A stretch of DNA of 29,398 bases from Paenibacillaceae bacterium (GTDB lineage Bacteria; Bacillota; Bacilli; Paenibacillales; YIM-B00363): contig JAGWXQ010000001.1 in NCBI GenBank assembly GCA_018969805.1, positions 1 to 29,398 on the forward strand. Reading direction: 5' to 3'. Below, in pieces: positions 1-10,007 of the stretch (position 1 is the stretch's first letter; each line of letters begins with the position of its first letter). The notes under the pieces are model-generated. The model did not search any database. It saw nothing but the letters and a program-made list of their open reading frames with translations, and was not told where the DNA came from. Made by a program: the position numbers and the translations under genes.

Positions 1-659
1 TTTACTGCATTTTCGTGTGTATCCGCAAAATACGCCTGCAGCATCGGCCGCACCCTGCGCAGCTCTTTTCGTGCCAGCAACCCGACCAGTTCGGCTTGTG
101 GACCGAGAACGCGCTTGAGATACAATATTTCCCCGCGCAAACCGATAATTTCATTAAGGTGTGACTTTTTTGTGTGCCGCAAAATATCCTCTTCTAATTT
201 TTCAATTTTTGCCTCAATGCGGTCCCCTACGGTAAAGTAGCTGTCCACGATGCGATCCAATAAATGGTATACAAAGCAATCCGGGGTATCGACTTCCTCC
301 TCCCACAAAATGGGTTTGATCGCCCGCATTTCATTGACTTTTTGCTTTGTCGCTGTAATAACAAAATGCGATCCGAGAAAAATATTTACCGCACGCAAAT
401 AAAACTGCTCATCGTCAAAACGGATGCTGCTTGCTACAATAAAATCGTGTGCTGCATGCACTTCGAGTTTTGGTCGTTGTTCTTCTTCACTAAGACAGTC
501 TTCGATGGCAAGCTCGTGCAACAAAAAAAGCGGTTGCAAGGCAATAAGCTCATCGACATGGGCATCGATCCAATAAAACCCTTGTGCAGGCGCAAGCAAC
601 GCTTCTTCAATATGTTGTATCGGGGTGAATACCCCTTTATGAACACGGCGTATTTTCAT
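1..659 (-). CDS. corA: Magnesium/cobalt transporter CorA, N-terminal ~219 aa (continues off the left edge)
   Basis: Translated by hand: [13 protein letters not shown]...[11 protein letters not shown]...[21 protein letters not shown]...[32 protein letters not shown]...[19 protein letters not shown] and LLDxIVDxYF are typical of the CorA cytoplasmic domain. RBS AGGAGG at 668-673 (minus). No stop before position 1. Confidence 0.88.
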   Translation of the reverse strand, partial: MKIRRVHKGVFTPIQHIEEALLAPAQGFYWIDAHVDELIALQPLFLLHELAIEDCLSEEEQRPKLEVHAAHDFIVASSIRFDDEQFYLRAVNIFLGSHFVITATKQKVNEMRAIKPILWEEEVDTPDCFVYHLLDRIVDSYFTVGDRIEAKIEKLEEDILRHTKKSHLNEIIGLRGEILYLKRVLGPQAELVGLLARKELRRVRPMLQAYFADTHENAV

Positions 660-749
660 CACACGCGCCTCCTCTTGCACCGATGCAATGAATATTGTGT
701 TCTTGCACGCTTCACACGATTGACCTTATGCCAAAAAATAATTTTTTGC

Positions 750-777
750 AACACACCGCACCCTATTGCGGTGTGTT
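750..777. repeat. Perfect 11-bp inverted repeat in the corA/metA divergent spacer
   Basis: AACACACCGCA (750-760) / TGCGGTGTGTT (767-777), 6-nt loop, no U-tract on either strand. Confidence 0.85.
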
Positions 778-834
778 CGGGTGTCGTATTAGTATACGCC
801 CCTATGCACAAAGTGTTCAAGCACGCAGACGATA

Positions 835-863
835 TTGACTTTCGGCAAAAGATCCCGTACGAT
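835..863 (+). promoter_or_regulatory. SigA-type promoter of the metA operon
   Basis: TTGACT (835-840), 17-nt spacer, TACGAT (858-863), about 70 nt upstream of the metA ATG. Confidence 0.65.
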
Positions 864-935
864 GGGCATACGCACACCAAAAGAAGGGCGTTGTGTTCTC
901 GACCAAACCATACGAGTACCAAGGAGCGCGCACGT

Positions 936-1889
936 ATGCCGATCAAAATCGCCGACGATTTGCCTGCACGGCACGTCCTTAGTGCCGAAAATATTTTTGT
1001 GATGAGTGAATCGCGCGCGTATGCGCAAGACATTCGCCCATTGCACATTGCCCTTCTCAATCTCATGCCGACCAAGGAAGCGACGGAAACGCAGTTGTTG
1101 CGCTTGCTCAGCAACAGTCCTTTGCAAGTGGACATTACGCTGTTGCATCCCGAGTCCCATCAATCGAAAAACACGCCTGCCGAACATTTGCGCATGTTTT
1201 ACCAGACGTTTCGCGCAGTACGGCATCGTAAGTTTGATGGGTTGGTCATTACTGGTGCCCCGGTTGAGCATTTGCCTTTTGAAGAAGTGACCTATTGGAA
1301 CGAATTGAAGGCGGTCATGCATTGGGCCAAGCACAATGTCACGTCTACAATGTACATTTGTTGGGCAGCGCAAGCGGCGCTCTATGTGCATTATGGCATA
1401 CAAAAAACGATGCTTCCCAAAAAATTGTTTGGTGTATTCCCCCATACGCTGTGCGCACACAACCACGCATTGACGCGCGGATTTGATGAAACGTTTTTTG
1501 CCCCTCAAAGCCGCCATACCGATGTCCCGCTGGAAGCGGTGCGCGCCATACACGATATTGATGTCTTGGCCACATCTGACGATGCGGGGTTATACCTTGC
1601 TGCATCGCGCGATGGACGTCATGTTTTTGTCACCGGCCATGCCGAATACGATGCGCATACGCTGGCTCTCGAATATGCGCGCGATGTCGGGCGCGGACGC
1701 GACATCGCATTGCCCCGTCACTACTTCCCTGATGACGATGCGACGCGCACGCCTCCTTCGACTTGGAAAGCGCACGCTTTTTTATTGTTTTCAAACTGGA
1801 TGAACTATTGCGTGTACCAAGAGACGCCGTATACGCTGGGAGCCGCTGCACCGTTGCCAGATTTCGTAGACTACGGCGCGCATATTTAA
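936..1889 (+). CDS. metA: Homoserine O-acyltransferase, MetA family (acetyl-type residue)
   Basis: MPIKI start after RBS AAGGAG (921-926); motifs [24 protein letters not shown] (catalytic Cys), GHAEY (catalytic His). The ORF-track start at 264 overlaps corA and is an over-extension. Confidence 0.95.
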   Translation: MPIKIADDLPARHVLSAENIFVMSESRAYAQDIRPLHIALLNLMPTKEATETQLLRLLSNSPLQVDITLLHPESHQSKNTPAEHLRMFYQTFRAVRHRKFDGLVITGAPVEHLPFEEVTYWNELKAVMHWAKHNVTSTMYICWAAQAALYVHYGIQKTMLPKKLFGVFPHTLCAHNHALTRGFDETFFAPQSRHTDVPLEAVRAIHDIDVLATSDDAGLYLAASRDGRHVFVTGHAEYDAHTLALEYARDVGRGRDIALPRHYFPDDDATRTPPSTWKAHAFLLFSNWMNYCVYQETPYTLGAAAPLPDFVDYGAHI

Positions 1890-1941
1890 TCATAAAAATA
1901 TTTTTTACACCAGCGCGATTTTGATACAATGGAAAGGAGCG

Positions 1942-3108
1942 ATGATCGTGCAACAGCACATCGATAGCCGATTGGCACAGCTCGGATCGACGCACGATGC
2001 ACGCACCGGTGCAGTGAGTACGCCCATCTACCAAGCGACCGCTTTTCGCCATCCTGCACTCGGCCAAAGTACCGGATTTGATTATGCACGGACAAAATCT
2101 CCGACGCGCACGGTACTTGAGACGGAATGCGCCCACATCGAAGGGGGCGATGGCTGTAGTGCGTTTTCATCCGGAATGGCTGCCGTCCATGCGGTACTGT
2201 CGCTGTTGCGTCCAAATGAACACATCATTGTCAGTATGGATTTGTACGGGGGCACGTATCGTTTGCTGGAGCACGTCATGCGTCCGCTTGGCATTCGCGC
2301 ATCGTACGTCGATACAAACGACATCGATGCCATCCGGCAGCAGTACGTCGCGGGTATGACGCGTATGGTGCTGATCGAGACACCGTCCAATCCACTGATG
2401 ATGATTACCGATATTGCACGCGTTGGTGCGTGGGCGCGGGCGCACGATGTGTTGTGTGTCGTGGACAATACGCTTATGACACCGTACTTGCAGCGCCCTC
2501 TGGCACTCGGTGCGGACATCGTCATCCACAGTGCGACAAAGTATTTGGCAGGGCACAACGACGTGCTTGCAGGGCTTGTCATCGCCCGTGGCGAAGCGCT
2601 GTGTGCGCGCATCGCGTTTATCCAAAATGCGGTTGGTGCCGTGCTTGCCCCGCTCGATAGCTGGCTGTTGTTGCGCGGGATGAAAACGCTCGCATTGCGC
2701 ATGCAGCGCCACGAGCACAACGCGACGCGTGTCGCCGAATGGCTCTCGACACATCCGCTCGTCAAAACCGTGCTGTACCCAGGACTTCCGTCGCATCCAC
2801 AGTATGCATTGCAGGCGCAACAAGCGCACGGCAATACGGGCATTTTTTCCTTTCGCGTGCGCGATGCCGCGCTCGTCGCCCCGTTGCTCGCCCATATTTC
2901 CTTAATCGCCTTTGCTGAAAGTCTCGGAGGCGTGGAGTCGCTGATGACGTATCCTGCTGTGCAGACGCATGCAGACATTCCTGCGGACGTGCGTGCGCGC
3001 ATCGGTGTGGACGATACGCTGTTGCGTCTGTCTTGTGGCATCGAACACAGTGACGATCTGATTGCGGATTTGGCGTACGCTTTAGACGCCGCAGCAAGGA
3101 GCGTGTAG
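1942..3108 (+). CDS. metI: Cystathionine gamma-synthase / O-acetylhomoserine sulfhydrylase (MetI-like, PLP-dependent)
   Basis: RBS AAAGGAG before ATG 1942; STGFDYxRT, SSGMAA, DLYGGTYRL, HSATKYLAGHND (PLP Lys), FAESLGGVESL, YPAxQTHxDIP, matching my recollection of B. subtilis MetI. Confidence 0.88.
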   Translation: MIVQQHIDSRLAQLGSTHDARTGAVSTPIYQATAFRHPALGQSTGFDYARTKSPTRTVLETECAHIEGGDGCSAFSSGMAAVHAVLSLLRPNEHIIVSMDLYGGTYRLLEHVMRPLGIRASYVDTNDIDAIRQQYVAGMTRMVLIETPSNPLMMITDIARVGAWARAHDVLCVVDNTLMTPYLQRPLALGADIVIHSATKYLAGHNDVLAGLVIARGEALCARIAFIQNAVGAVLAPLDSWLLLRGMKTLALRMQRHEHNATRVAEWLSTHPLVKTVLYPGLPSHPQYALQAQQAHGNTGIFSFRVRDAALVAPLLAHISLIAFAESLGGVESLMTYPAVQTHADIPADVRARIGVDDTLLRLSCGIEHSDDLIADLAYALDAAARSV

Positions 3109-3109
3109 C

Positions 3110-4249
3110 ATGGGTGCGGTCGATGCAGTCCTCGCCAAAGCGTTGCGCGGGGAACGTCTTGGTTTTGAAGATGGACTTGTGCTGTTTGCATCGAATGAAA
3201 TAGAAAAAATCGGTCATGTCGCCAATACCATCAAAATGCGCATGCATCCTGATCCGATCACGACGTTCGTCATCGGCCGCAACATCAACTATACAAATAT
3301 TTGTGACGTATACTGCCGTTTTTGCGCGTTTTATCGCCCTCCTGGATCCCCGGAAGGATATGTACTGCCAAACGAGACAATACTGGCAAAAATAGAAGAA
3401 ACGATCCACTATGGTGGCACAGAAATATTGATGCAAGGGGGGACGAATCCCGATCTTCCGCTTACGTACTATACCGATTTGTTGCGTCTGATCAAGCGCA
3501 CGCATCCGTCCATTACGATGCACAGCTTTTCTCCTGCTGAAATCCACAAAATGATGGACGTGTCGCAGTTGGTGTTGCCCGACGTATTGCGTGCATTGCA
3601 CGACGCGGGTCTTGACTCCCTTCCTGGAGGCGGGGCAGAAATATTGGACAATCGCACGAGAAAACGCATTTCGCGTCTCAAAGGGACGTGGGAGCAATGG
3701 ATCGAAGTCATGACGGAAGCGCATCGCATCGGCATGCATACGACGGCGACGATGGTTATTGGACTTGGGGAGACGATGGAGGAGCGCGTGTTGCATTTGC
3801 TGCGTGTGCGCGATGCGCAGGACGTCTGCCGCAACGAACGATTTCCATCTCCGGGTTTTCTTGCGTTTATCGTCTGGACGTTTCAACCCGAAAACACCAA
3901 TCTGCCCCTCCCGCGACTTGGGGCGGAGGCGTACTTGCATACGCTTGCCATTGCGCGCCTGATGCTGGACAACATCCCCCACTTTCAATCGTCATGGGTG
4001 ACGATGGGTCCTGATGTCGGAAAACAATCGATTGCGTATGGATGCGACGATTTTGGCAGTACGATGATCGAAGAAAACGTCGTCTCTGCAGCAGGAGCGA
4101 CACACAAAGTAAACATTGCGCTTTTGTTGCGCCTTATTCGTGAAACGGGACACGTTCCTGTACAGCGCAACACACAATATGAGCACATCCGCGTCTTCAA
4201 CGACCCAGATGCACCCATTGAGCGCGACTTTGTGCTTCCGCAGCCATAA
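3110..4249 (+). CDS. mqnC: Cyclic dehypoxanthinylfutalosine synthase (radical SAM, futalosine menaquinone pathway)
   Basis: RNINYTNICDVYCRFCAF (CxxxCxxC), ILMQGG, DSLPGGGAEIL, QSSWVTMG, DDFGSTMIEENVVSAAG. Starts 1 nt after the metI stop. Confidence 0.9.
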   Translation: MGAVDAVLAKALRGERLGFEDGLVLFASNEIEKIGHVANTIKMRMHPDPITTFVIGRNINYTNICDVYCRFCAFYRPPGSPEGYVLPNETILAKIEETIHYGGTEILMQGGTNPDLPLTYYTDLLRLIKRTHPSITMHSFSPAEIHKMMDVSQLVLPDVLRALHDAGLDSLPGGGAEILDNRTRKRISRLKGTWEQWIEVMTEAHRIGMHTTATMVIGLGETMEERVLHLLRVRDAQDVCRNERFPSPGFLAFIVWTFQPENTNLPLPRLGAEAYLHTLAIARLMLDNIPHFQSSWVTMGPDVGKQSIAYGCDDFGSTMIEENVVSAAGATHKVNIALLLRLIRETGHVPVQRNTQYEHIRVFNDPDAPIERDFVLPQP

Positions 4250-4250
4250 A

Positions 4251-4706
4251 ATGCCCAATGATTGGCGTGTATCGCTTGCGCACATTTCCCTCATACTGTG
4301 CATGCAGAGCGAAGGGGGCGAAGCTGTGGAGCTGTGTACGTTGCTCATTGACGAAACGCGCATCGACTGCGCAACGTTGCTGGCACAGTTGCGTCGGCAT
4401 CTCGATGCGGTGCATTGTGTGCCGCGGTTTGGACACGCGTGCATCATTTGTGAGGGGGAAGGCATCCACCACCACACGATGACCGCGCTCTGCCTCGCTC
4501 CGCACGTTCATGCGGCATATGCACCCGAGCTTTCCATCGGATTTGCGCAGCGATGCATTCGCCGATTGCGCAGCGACATCGCGTCGTATTTGCGAACGGA
4601 GCGCTTGTTGCACGTCGAAGGGTTTATCCGTTTTCGGGCACATCGGTACCGACACCTGTTGCGCATCAATACGCTTATTCCGGCATCTCTACGCGGAGAG
4701 CGGTGA
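4251..4706 (+). pseudogene. Truncated YtxC-like (putative sporulation) protein, 151 aa
   Basis: IASYLRTERLLHVEGFIRFRAHRYRHLL resembles the central GFxxFRxxxY block I associate with YtxC. The ORF stops ~12 aa later, inside the 3' end of the convergent aminotransferase, and has no clear RBS. Confidence 0.45.
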
Positions 4707-5847
4707 CAAACGCCTGCATCCGTTCCATAGCGATCGTCAATTGCTGTATCGATGTCGCGTACGAGCAGCGGATGTGCCCTTCTCCCCCGATGCCAAACAC
4801 ACTTCCGGGAATGGCCGCTACTTTTCCTTCCAGCAGCAATCGTTTGGCAAACTGTTCATCGGACAAACCAAACGATGCAATTGCAGGAAACGCATAAAAC
4901 GCCCCTGTCGGTTCGTGGCACTGCATCCCCATTTGGGCAAACGACGTCAAGACGAACCGCCGTCTCTGGTTGTACGATGCTACCATGCGTGCGGTGTCTG
5001 CTCGTCCTTCGCGCAGCGACTGCACGGCTGCCCACTGGCTCGTCGTCGGGGCACACATCATCGTGTACTGGTGCACTTTGAGCATCGCCGCGATGATGTC
5101 GCGGTGTCCGCACGCGTATCCGATGCGCCAGCCGGTCATCGCAAACGCTTTTGAAAACCCGCTGACGACGACCGTCCGATCGCGCAGTTCGGGCAACGAT
5201 GCGACACTGATCGGATCGCCATTGTACGTCAGCTCTGCGTATATTTCGTCAGAGATGATGACGATGTCTTTTTGTTTGGCAAATGCAGCGATCGGCAACC
5301 ACTGCTCCCGCGTCATCGTCGCTCCGGTCGGATTGCTCGGAAAACACGCGAGCAACACTTTTGTGCGCGGGGTCACAGCGCGCTCCAGTGCTTCGACGGT
5401 AAGTACAAACCCATGTTCTGCCGTCGAAACCGGTATCGGTGTCGCACCACACAGCGTCGTCACAGGAGCATAGCTTACGTACGTCGGCTCGGGCACGAGT
5501 ACGTCGTCCCCTTCTTGAACGAGTACGCGCAGCGCAAGGTCGATCGCTTCCGACCCACCGACGGTGACGATGACCTCGCTCGTCGGCTCGTAGTGCACGC
5601 CAAAACGATCGTGCATGTATTGTCCGATTTCTTCGCGCAATTCGATCAAGCCCGCATTTGGTGTGTACGCGAGCTTTCCACGCTCCAAAGTGTGCACCGC
5701 AGCATCGCGGACGTGCCAAGGAGCAACAAAGTCGGGTTCCCCGACTCCGAGCGATATCACGTCTTTGCTCGACTGCACGAGATCAAAAAACGCACGAATG
5801 CCCGAGGGGGGGATCGATTGTACGCGGGGTACGATATAGCGTTGCAT
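4675..5847 (-). CDS. Class I/II PLP-dependent aminotransferase (YugH-like)
   Basis: PPSGIRAFFD, VISLGVGEPDF, YTPNAGLIELR, FPSNPTGA, SDEIYAEL, GFSKAFAMTGWRIGY (PLP Lys). RBS AAAGGAG at 5854-5860 supports the ATG at 5847. Confidence 0.9.
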   Translation of the reverse strand: MQRYIVPRVQSIPPSGIRAFFDLVQSSKDVISLGVGEPDFVAPWHVRDAAVHTLERGKLAYTPNAGLIELREEIGQYMHDRFGVHYEPTSEVIVTVGGSEAIDLALRVLVQEGDDVLVPEPTYVSYAPVTTLCGATPIPVSTAEHGFVLTVEALERAVTPRTKVLLACFPSNPTGATMTREQWLPIAAFAKQKDIVIISDEIYAELTYNGDPISVASLPELRDRTVVVSGFSKAFAMTGWRIGYACGHRDIIAAMLKVHQYTMMCAPTTSQWAAVQSLREGRADTARMVASYNQRRRFVLTSFAQMGMQCHEPTGAFYAFPAIASFGLSDEQFAKRLLLEGKVAAIPGSVFGIGGEGHIRCSYATSIQQLTIAMERMQAFVTALRVEMPE

Positions 5848-5879
5848 GTCCAGCTCCTTTATTCGTTGCACATACGCAC

Positions 5880-6371
5880 TTACGGGGTGACGGACATGCG
5901 TTCGTCTTTTGTGCGTTGCTCAAAAATAATGCCGTCTTGCTTATATTTTTTGAGTACAAAAAACGTCTTCGTCGAGAGCACACGCTCGATCGTGGACAGC
6001 TTACTCGATACAAACGTAGCGATATCCCGCAAATTTGCTCCTTCTACTTCTACGAGCAAATCGTACGCCCCAGACATCAAGTACACACTGCGTACTTCGG
6101 GGTACAAATACATATGTTCTGCCATCGCATCGAATCCCCGCCCACGCTCCGGAGTCATCGTCACCTCAATCAGTGCGGTGACGCGCTGTGGATCAATTTT
6201 CGACCAATTGCACACGGTCGCGTACTTGACGATGACGCGATCGTCTTCCAGTGCCTGCACGGCATCACGGACGACTGCCTCATCTTCCCCGAGCAACGCC
6301 GCCAGCAGACGGATGTCGCGCCGTGCATCTTCTGTCAGCAAATCAAGAATTTGGCGCTGTAGTGGTGTCAT
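5880..6371 (-). CDS. Lrp/AsnC-family transcriptional regulator (YugG-like)
   Basis: N-terminal HTH (ILDLLTEDAR...LAALLG) and AsnC ligand domain (YLMSGAYDLLVEVEG, STKTFFVLKKYK); RBS AAGGAGG; directly upstream of the aminotransferase. Confidence 0.9.
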   Translation of the reverse strand: MTPLQRQILDLLTEDARRDIRLLAALLGEDEAVVRDAVQALEDDRVIVKYATVCNWSKIDPQRVTALIEVTMTPERGRGFDAMAEHMYLYPEVRSVYLMSGAYDLLVEVEGANLRDIATFVSSKLSTIERVLSTKTFFVLKKYKQDGIIFEQRTKDERMSVTP

Positions 6372-6392
6372 CTTTGTTCCTCCTTTATGCGT

Positions 6393-6476
6393 TTATCCTC
6401 GCGAAACAACATATGCGACCCCCGCACATAAAAACACGAAGCCGACACACGAAAGCACGATGATCAGCCGCTTCAT
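6393..6476 (-). CDS. 27-aa single-transmembrane peptide MKRLIIVLSCVGFVFLCAGVAYVVSRG
   Basis: RBS GGAGGG (6483-6488) 6 nt before ATG 6476; TAA at 6393-6395, 21 nt before the Lrp start; basic N-terminus followed by ~20 hydrophobic residues. Confidence 0.55.
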   Translation of the reverse strand: MKRLIIVLSCVGFVFLCAGVAYVVSRG

Positions 6477-6543
6477 CCGCATCCCTCCAAAACGACGTGC
6501 CCAATCCGTTGGTCGATAAAGACCGTCATACGGACACACGTGT

Positions 6544-6572
6544 ATTATCGCATACACCTTGCCGCATACCAA
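6544..6572 (-). promoter_or_regulatory. Candidate SigA promoter for the peptide-Lrp-aminotransferase operon
   Basis: TTGGTA - 17 nt - GATAAT with an extended TG. Confidence 0.4.
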
Positions 6573-6690
6573 ACGGAAATGATATGATTTCGCATATGTG
6601 GCGCATGTACACACACGAACAGCGAGGTTGATGGAAGACGACGCACCGCGATTACGTGCTCTAGGCATGGATTACACAGGGAGGGATGAT

Positions 6691-7578
6691 ATGCGCATAC
6701 TGTGCACAGGAGCTACAGGATACGTCGGGCGGGCCATCGTACAGCACATCATCGCGCATACGGAAGACATCGTCGTATGCCTCGCACGCAACCCCGACCG
6801 CCTCCCGAAACATCCGCGCGTCCATGCTGTTCGTGGCGACGTGCTGGATGCCGGAAGCGTCTTTGCAGCAGCAGCGGGATGCGATGCAGCCATCCACCTC
6901 GTCGGCATCATCCGCGAAACGGACGGGGCGACGTTTGCACGCATCCATACTGAGGGGACGAGAAACGTCGTACAAGCGTGCGCGCACGTCCGTACGTTCG
7001 TGCACATGAGTGCACTCGGGGCAAAAAACGGTGCTTCTACGCGCTATTTCCAAACCAAGTGGGATGCCGAACAGCTTGTTCTCTCCAGCACAATTCCGTA
7101 TGTTCTTTTTCGTCCTTCCGTCATTTTTGGGAAAGACGATGCCTTTGTCAACCAGCTCGCATCCCTCGTACGCTTGCCCTTCACACCGGTCATCGGAGAC
7201 GGCCAATACCGATTGCAGCCCGTCGCATTAGACAACGTCGCGCGTCTCTTTGTACAGGCGTTGCGTGGTCCGACCGGTACGGTGTGGGAGCTCGGTGGTC
7301 CAGATGCGCTGACGTACGACGACATGCTGCGCACGATCGCGGCAGCGATGCGCCGTACTGTCCGTCTCGTGCACGTGCCCGTAGCGCTGATGCGCCCGAT
7401 TATTTCCTTGTGTGAATCCGTACCGGCGTTTCCGATCACGACGACACAGCTGCGCATGTTGTTGGAAGAAAACGTATGCTCTGGTCCATGTGGGGCATTT
7501 GCTGCATACGGAGTGTCCCCGATTCGGTTTTCGGAAGGCATTCGCGCTTGGCTCGATCCGAAACACGCTACACGTTGA
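6691..7578 (+). CDS. Atypical SDR / NAD-dependent epimerase, complex I NDUFA9-like family
   Basis: MRILCTGATGYVG (GxxGxxG), AAIHLVGII, HMSALGA, YFQTKWDAE (YxxxK), FRPSVIFG; RBS GGAGGG before ATG 6691. Confidence 0.85.
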   Translation: MRILCTGATGYVGRAIVQHIIAHTEDIVVCLARNPDRLPKHPRVHAVRGDVLDAGSVFAAAAGCDAAIHLVGIIRETDGATFARIHTEGTRNVVQACAHVRTFVHMSALGAKNGASTRYFQTKWDAEQLVLSSTIPYVLFRPSVIFGKDDAFVNQLASLVRLPFTPVIGDGQYRLQPVALDNVARLFVQALRGPTGTVWELGGPDALTYDDMLRTIAAAMRRTVRLVHVPVALMRPIISLCESVPAFPITTTQLRMLLEENVCSGPCGAFAAYGVSPIRFSEGIRAWLDPKHATR

Positions 7579-9913
7579 GCGCGACGACCGTCACCCCATC
7601 TCCTCCTTCTCCATGGGCACCGAGCCGTACAGATGCGACACTGCGATGCGCCCGCACAAACTGCAACACCCGCGTACGCAACACACCTGTTCCTTTGCCA
7701 TGAATGATCGTCGCAAACGGAACACCGTCGCGGAGCACTTCATCGAGCCAACGGTCAATTTCCACCAACGCATCTTCGGCATTCATCCCACGTACGTCAA
7801 TGTGTGTGCGCACAGCCCGTTGCGCATCGCTGTGCGATGGGGGCCGTGGTGATTTGACCGACGGAGCTTGCAGTTGTTGCACGGACGCATCGGCCAATTG
7901 GTTTCGATGCGTTTTTGTTTTCATTACACCAATTTGAACGATCGCCTCGTCACCGTGTATGTCGACGATCGTACCACAAAGGCCGTGGGGAAGGACACGG
8001 ACGAGCGCACCGACACAAAACGCTGCTTGTTTGTGCTGCGACACGTCAGGGACGTCGTCCACAGCATCGTCCAATGCACGCACGTGCTTCCGAATGCGCG
8101 ATGCCCGCTCTTGCGCTTTTTCTCCCTCAATGTCCGCTTGCAACGCAGCAAGGACGTTTTTCGCTTCGTGCTTCGCTTGGGCGACGATGCGCCGTGCGTG
8201 CATGCGTGCGTCTTGAATGAGCTGGGCACGGGTCGCATGCAGCTGCTCTTGTAGTGCTTCGATGTCGCGTTGCCGCGCTTGTGCTTCTTCGCGCAAGGCG
8301 TTCGCTTCCTCGCGTGCCGTGTGTGCCTCTCTCTGGAGGCGATCCAGCGTGTCGATCATCTGATCGACGTGGCGGTCTTGCACGGTCAGCTGCGCGCGTG
8401 CATGCGCTGTGACCGCCTCAGGAAGTCCGAGGCGCGAGGCGATCGTAAGTCCATGGCTGCTGCCTGGCACGCCGATGCGCAGTGCATACGTCGGCGCAAG
8501 CGCATCTGGATCAAATGCCATCGAGGCGGTGATCGTGTGCGGTGCCGCATACGCATACGCTTTGACCGCGCGGTCGTGCGTCGTCGCAATGAGCGTGCTG
8601 CCGATTTTTTTGATGTAGTCAATAATCGCGATCGCCAACGCCGCACCTTCGGTCGGGTCTGTTCCTACACCGACTTCATCGAGCAATACGAGACTGCGCG
8701 AAGTCACTGCATGCAGCATCGCCACAATGTTGCGCATATGACTGGAAAACGTACTCAAATTATGGGCGATGTCTTGTTCGTCGCCGATATCGACAAACAA
8801 TGCGTCGATGTGTGCACACGAACTTCCTTCTTGTGCAGGGATGTACATTCCTGCATGTGCCATTGCGTGCAACAGCCCGACCGTTTTGAGCGTTACCGTC
8901 TTTCCCCCGGTGTTTGGTCCGGTAATGAGCATCGTGTCGTCGTCGTCGCCCAAAACGACATCGATTGCGACGACGCGATCGGGGGCAATGAGCGGATGCC
9001 GTGCACGACGCAGTGCGATGCGGCCACGGGGGTCAAGGTGTGGACGCGTCCCCCGAATCGCAGCTGCATACCGCGCTTTTGCACACCATACATCGATGTC
9101 CCCGATCGTACGGACGTCCGCGATGAGTGCTTCACCGACTTGTGCGATTCGCTCCGAACATTGCTGCAAAATACGCACGATCTCTTGTTGTTCCTCCACC
9201 TTAAGCCGACGAACATCGTTGTTTGCGGCGACGATCGCTTGGGGCTCGATGTACACCGTCGCGCCTGATGCCGACTGATCGTGGATGATTCCATCGAAAG
9301 AGGAGCGCGCTTCTGCCTTAATCGGCAACACAAACCGATCGTTTCGCACCGTAATGATCGGCTCTTGCAGCACCGTGCGAACGTGCTTATCGCGCAGCAT
9401 CGCTTCACACAGCGCGCGTACTGCGCGTTCTTTTGCGCGGATCGCATTGCGCACGCGCGCGAGTTGTTCCGATGCCTCATCGCGCACGTGGCCGTGTTCG
9501 TCAATGATCGTCCGCAAAAACGTCTCCATCGGCCGCCAATCGGACAAGGACGCGTATCGCGCGTGACACAACGGGGCATCGTGCTTGGCAACAAAACGAC
9601 CAAGAGCTGTACGCACACGCTGCATCGCTGCCAGCGTCGTACATACGTCGGCGAGCTGCTCTAGGGCGAGGACACCGCCGATCAACGCATGCGCCACACA
9701 AGCGGTCACGTCATGCACCTCATCAAACGACGGCAATCCGTGCATGGCGTACCATAATACCGCCTCGTCTGTTTGCGCAAGCAATCGTGGAGCGTCTTCG
9801 CTGCTTGGACGCACGACGTCCAACGCAGTTTGGCCCATCGGCGTTTGGGCATGTGCGCGCACGTGTTGGACAATGATGTCAAACTGCACTGCTTGCAGTG
9901 CTTTTTGTTCCAT
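7568..9913 (-). CDS. mutS2: Endonuclease MutS2 with C-terminal Smr domain
   Basis: IIHDQSASGATVYIEP, Walker A ITGPNTGGKT, LSTFSSHM, LLDEVGVGTDPTEGAAL, TTH, Smr IDVRGM...IIHGKGTGVLR...GGDGVTVV. Overlaps the convergent SDR gene by 11 nt. Confidence 0.95.
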   Translation of the reverse strand: MEQKALQAVQFDIIVQHVRAHAQTPMGQTALDVVRPSSEDAPRLLAQTDEAVLWYAMHGLPSFDEVHDVTACVAHALIGGVLALEQLADVCTTLAAMQRVRTALGRFVAKHDAPLCHARYASLSDWRPMETFLRTIIDEHGHVRDEASEQLARVRNAIRAKERAVRALCEAMLRDKHVRTVLQEPIITVRNDRFVLPIKAEARSSFDGIIHDQSASGATVYIEPQAIVAANNDVRRLKVEEQQEIVRILQQCSERIAQVGEALIADVRTIGDIDVWCAKARYAAAIRGTRPHLDPRGRIALRRARHPLIAPDRVVAIDVVLGDDDDTMLITGPNTGGKTVTLKTVGLLHAMAHAGMYIPAQEGSSCAHIDALFVDIGDEQDIAHNLSTFSSHMRNIVAMLHAVTSRSLVLLDEVGVGTDPTEGAALAIAIIDYIKKIGSTLIATTHDRAVKAYAYAAPHTITASMAFDPDALAPTYALRIGVPGSSHGLTIASRLGLPEAVTAHARAQLTVQDRHVDQMIDTLDRLQREAHTAREEANALREEAQARQRDIEALQEQLHATRAQLIQDARMHARRIVAQAKHEAKNVLAALQADIEGEKAQERASRIRKHVRALDDAVDDVPDVSQHKQAAFCVGALVRVLPHGLCGTIVDIHGDEAIVQIGVMKTKTHRNQLADASVQQLQAPSVKSPRPPSHSDAQRAVRTHIDVRGMNAEDALVEIDRWLDEVLRDGVPFATIIHGKGTGVLRTRVLQFVRAHRSVASVRLGAHGEGGDGVTVVALNV

Positions 9914-10007
9914 AATGTGGTCCTCCCTGAACGCATTGATCGATTATGCGCGGGGCATACTGCGCGTGCACCACAAGAAGAGTTCGTACGAAAGAGGAGG
10001 TTGGGAC

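Noticed and set aside
264-935. 224-aa N-terminal extension of MetA in the ORF track
   Set aside because: It is antisense to corA; the RBS, promoter and family start (MPIKI) point to ATG 936.
1922-1930. Extended -10 (TGATACAAT) before metI
   Set aside because: No correctly spaced -35, and the start site would fall inside the RBS.
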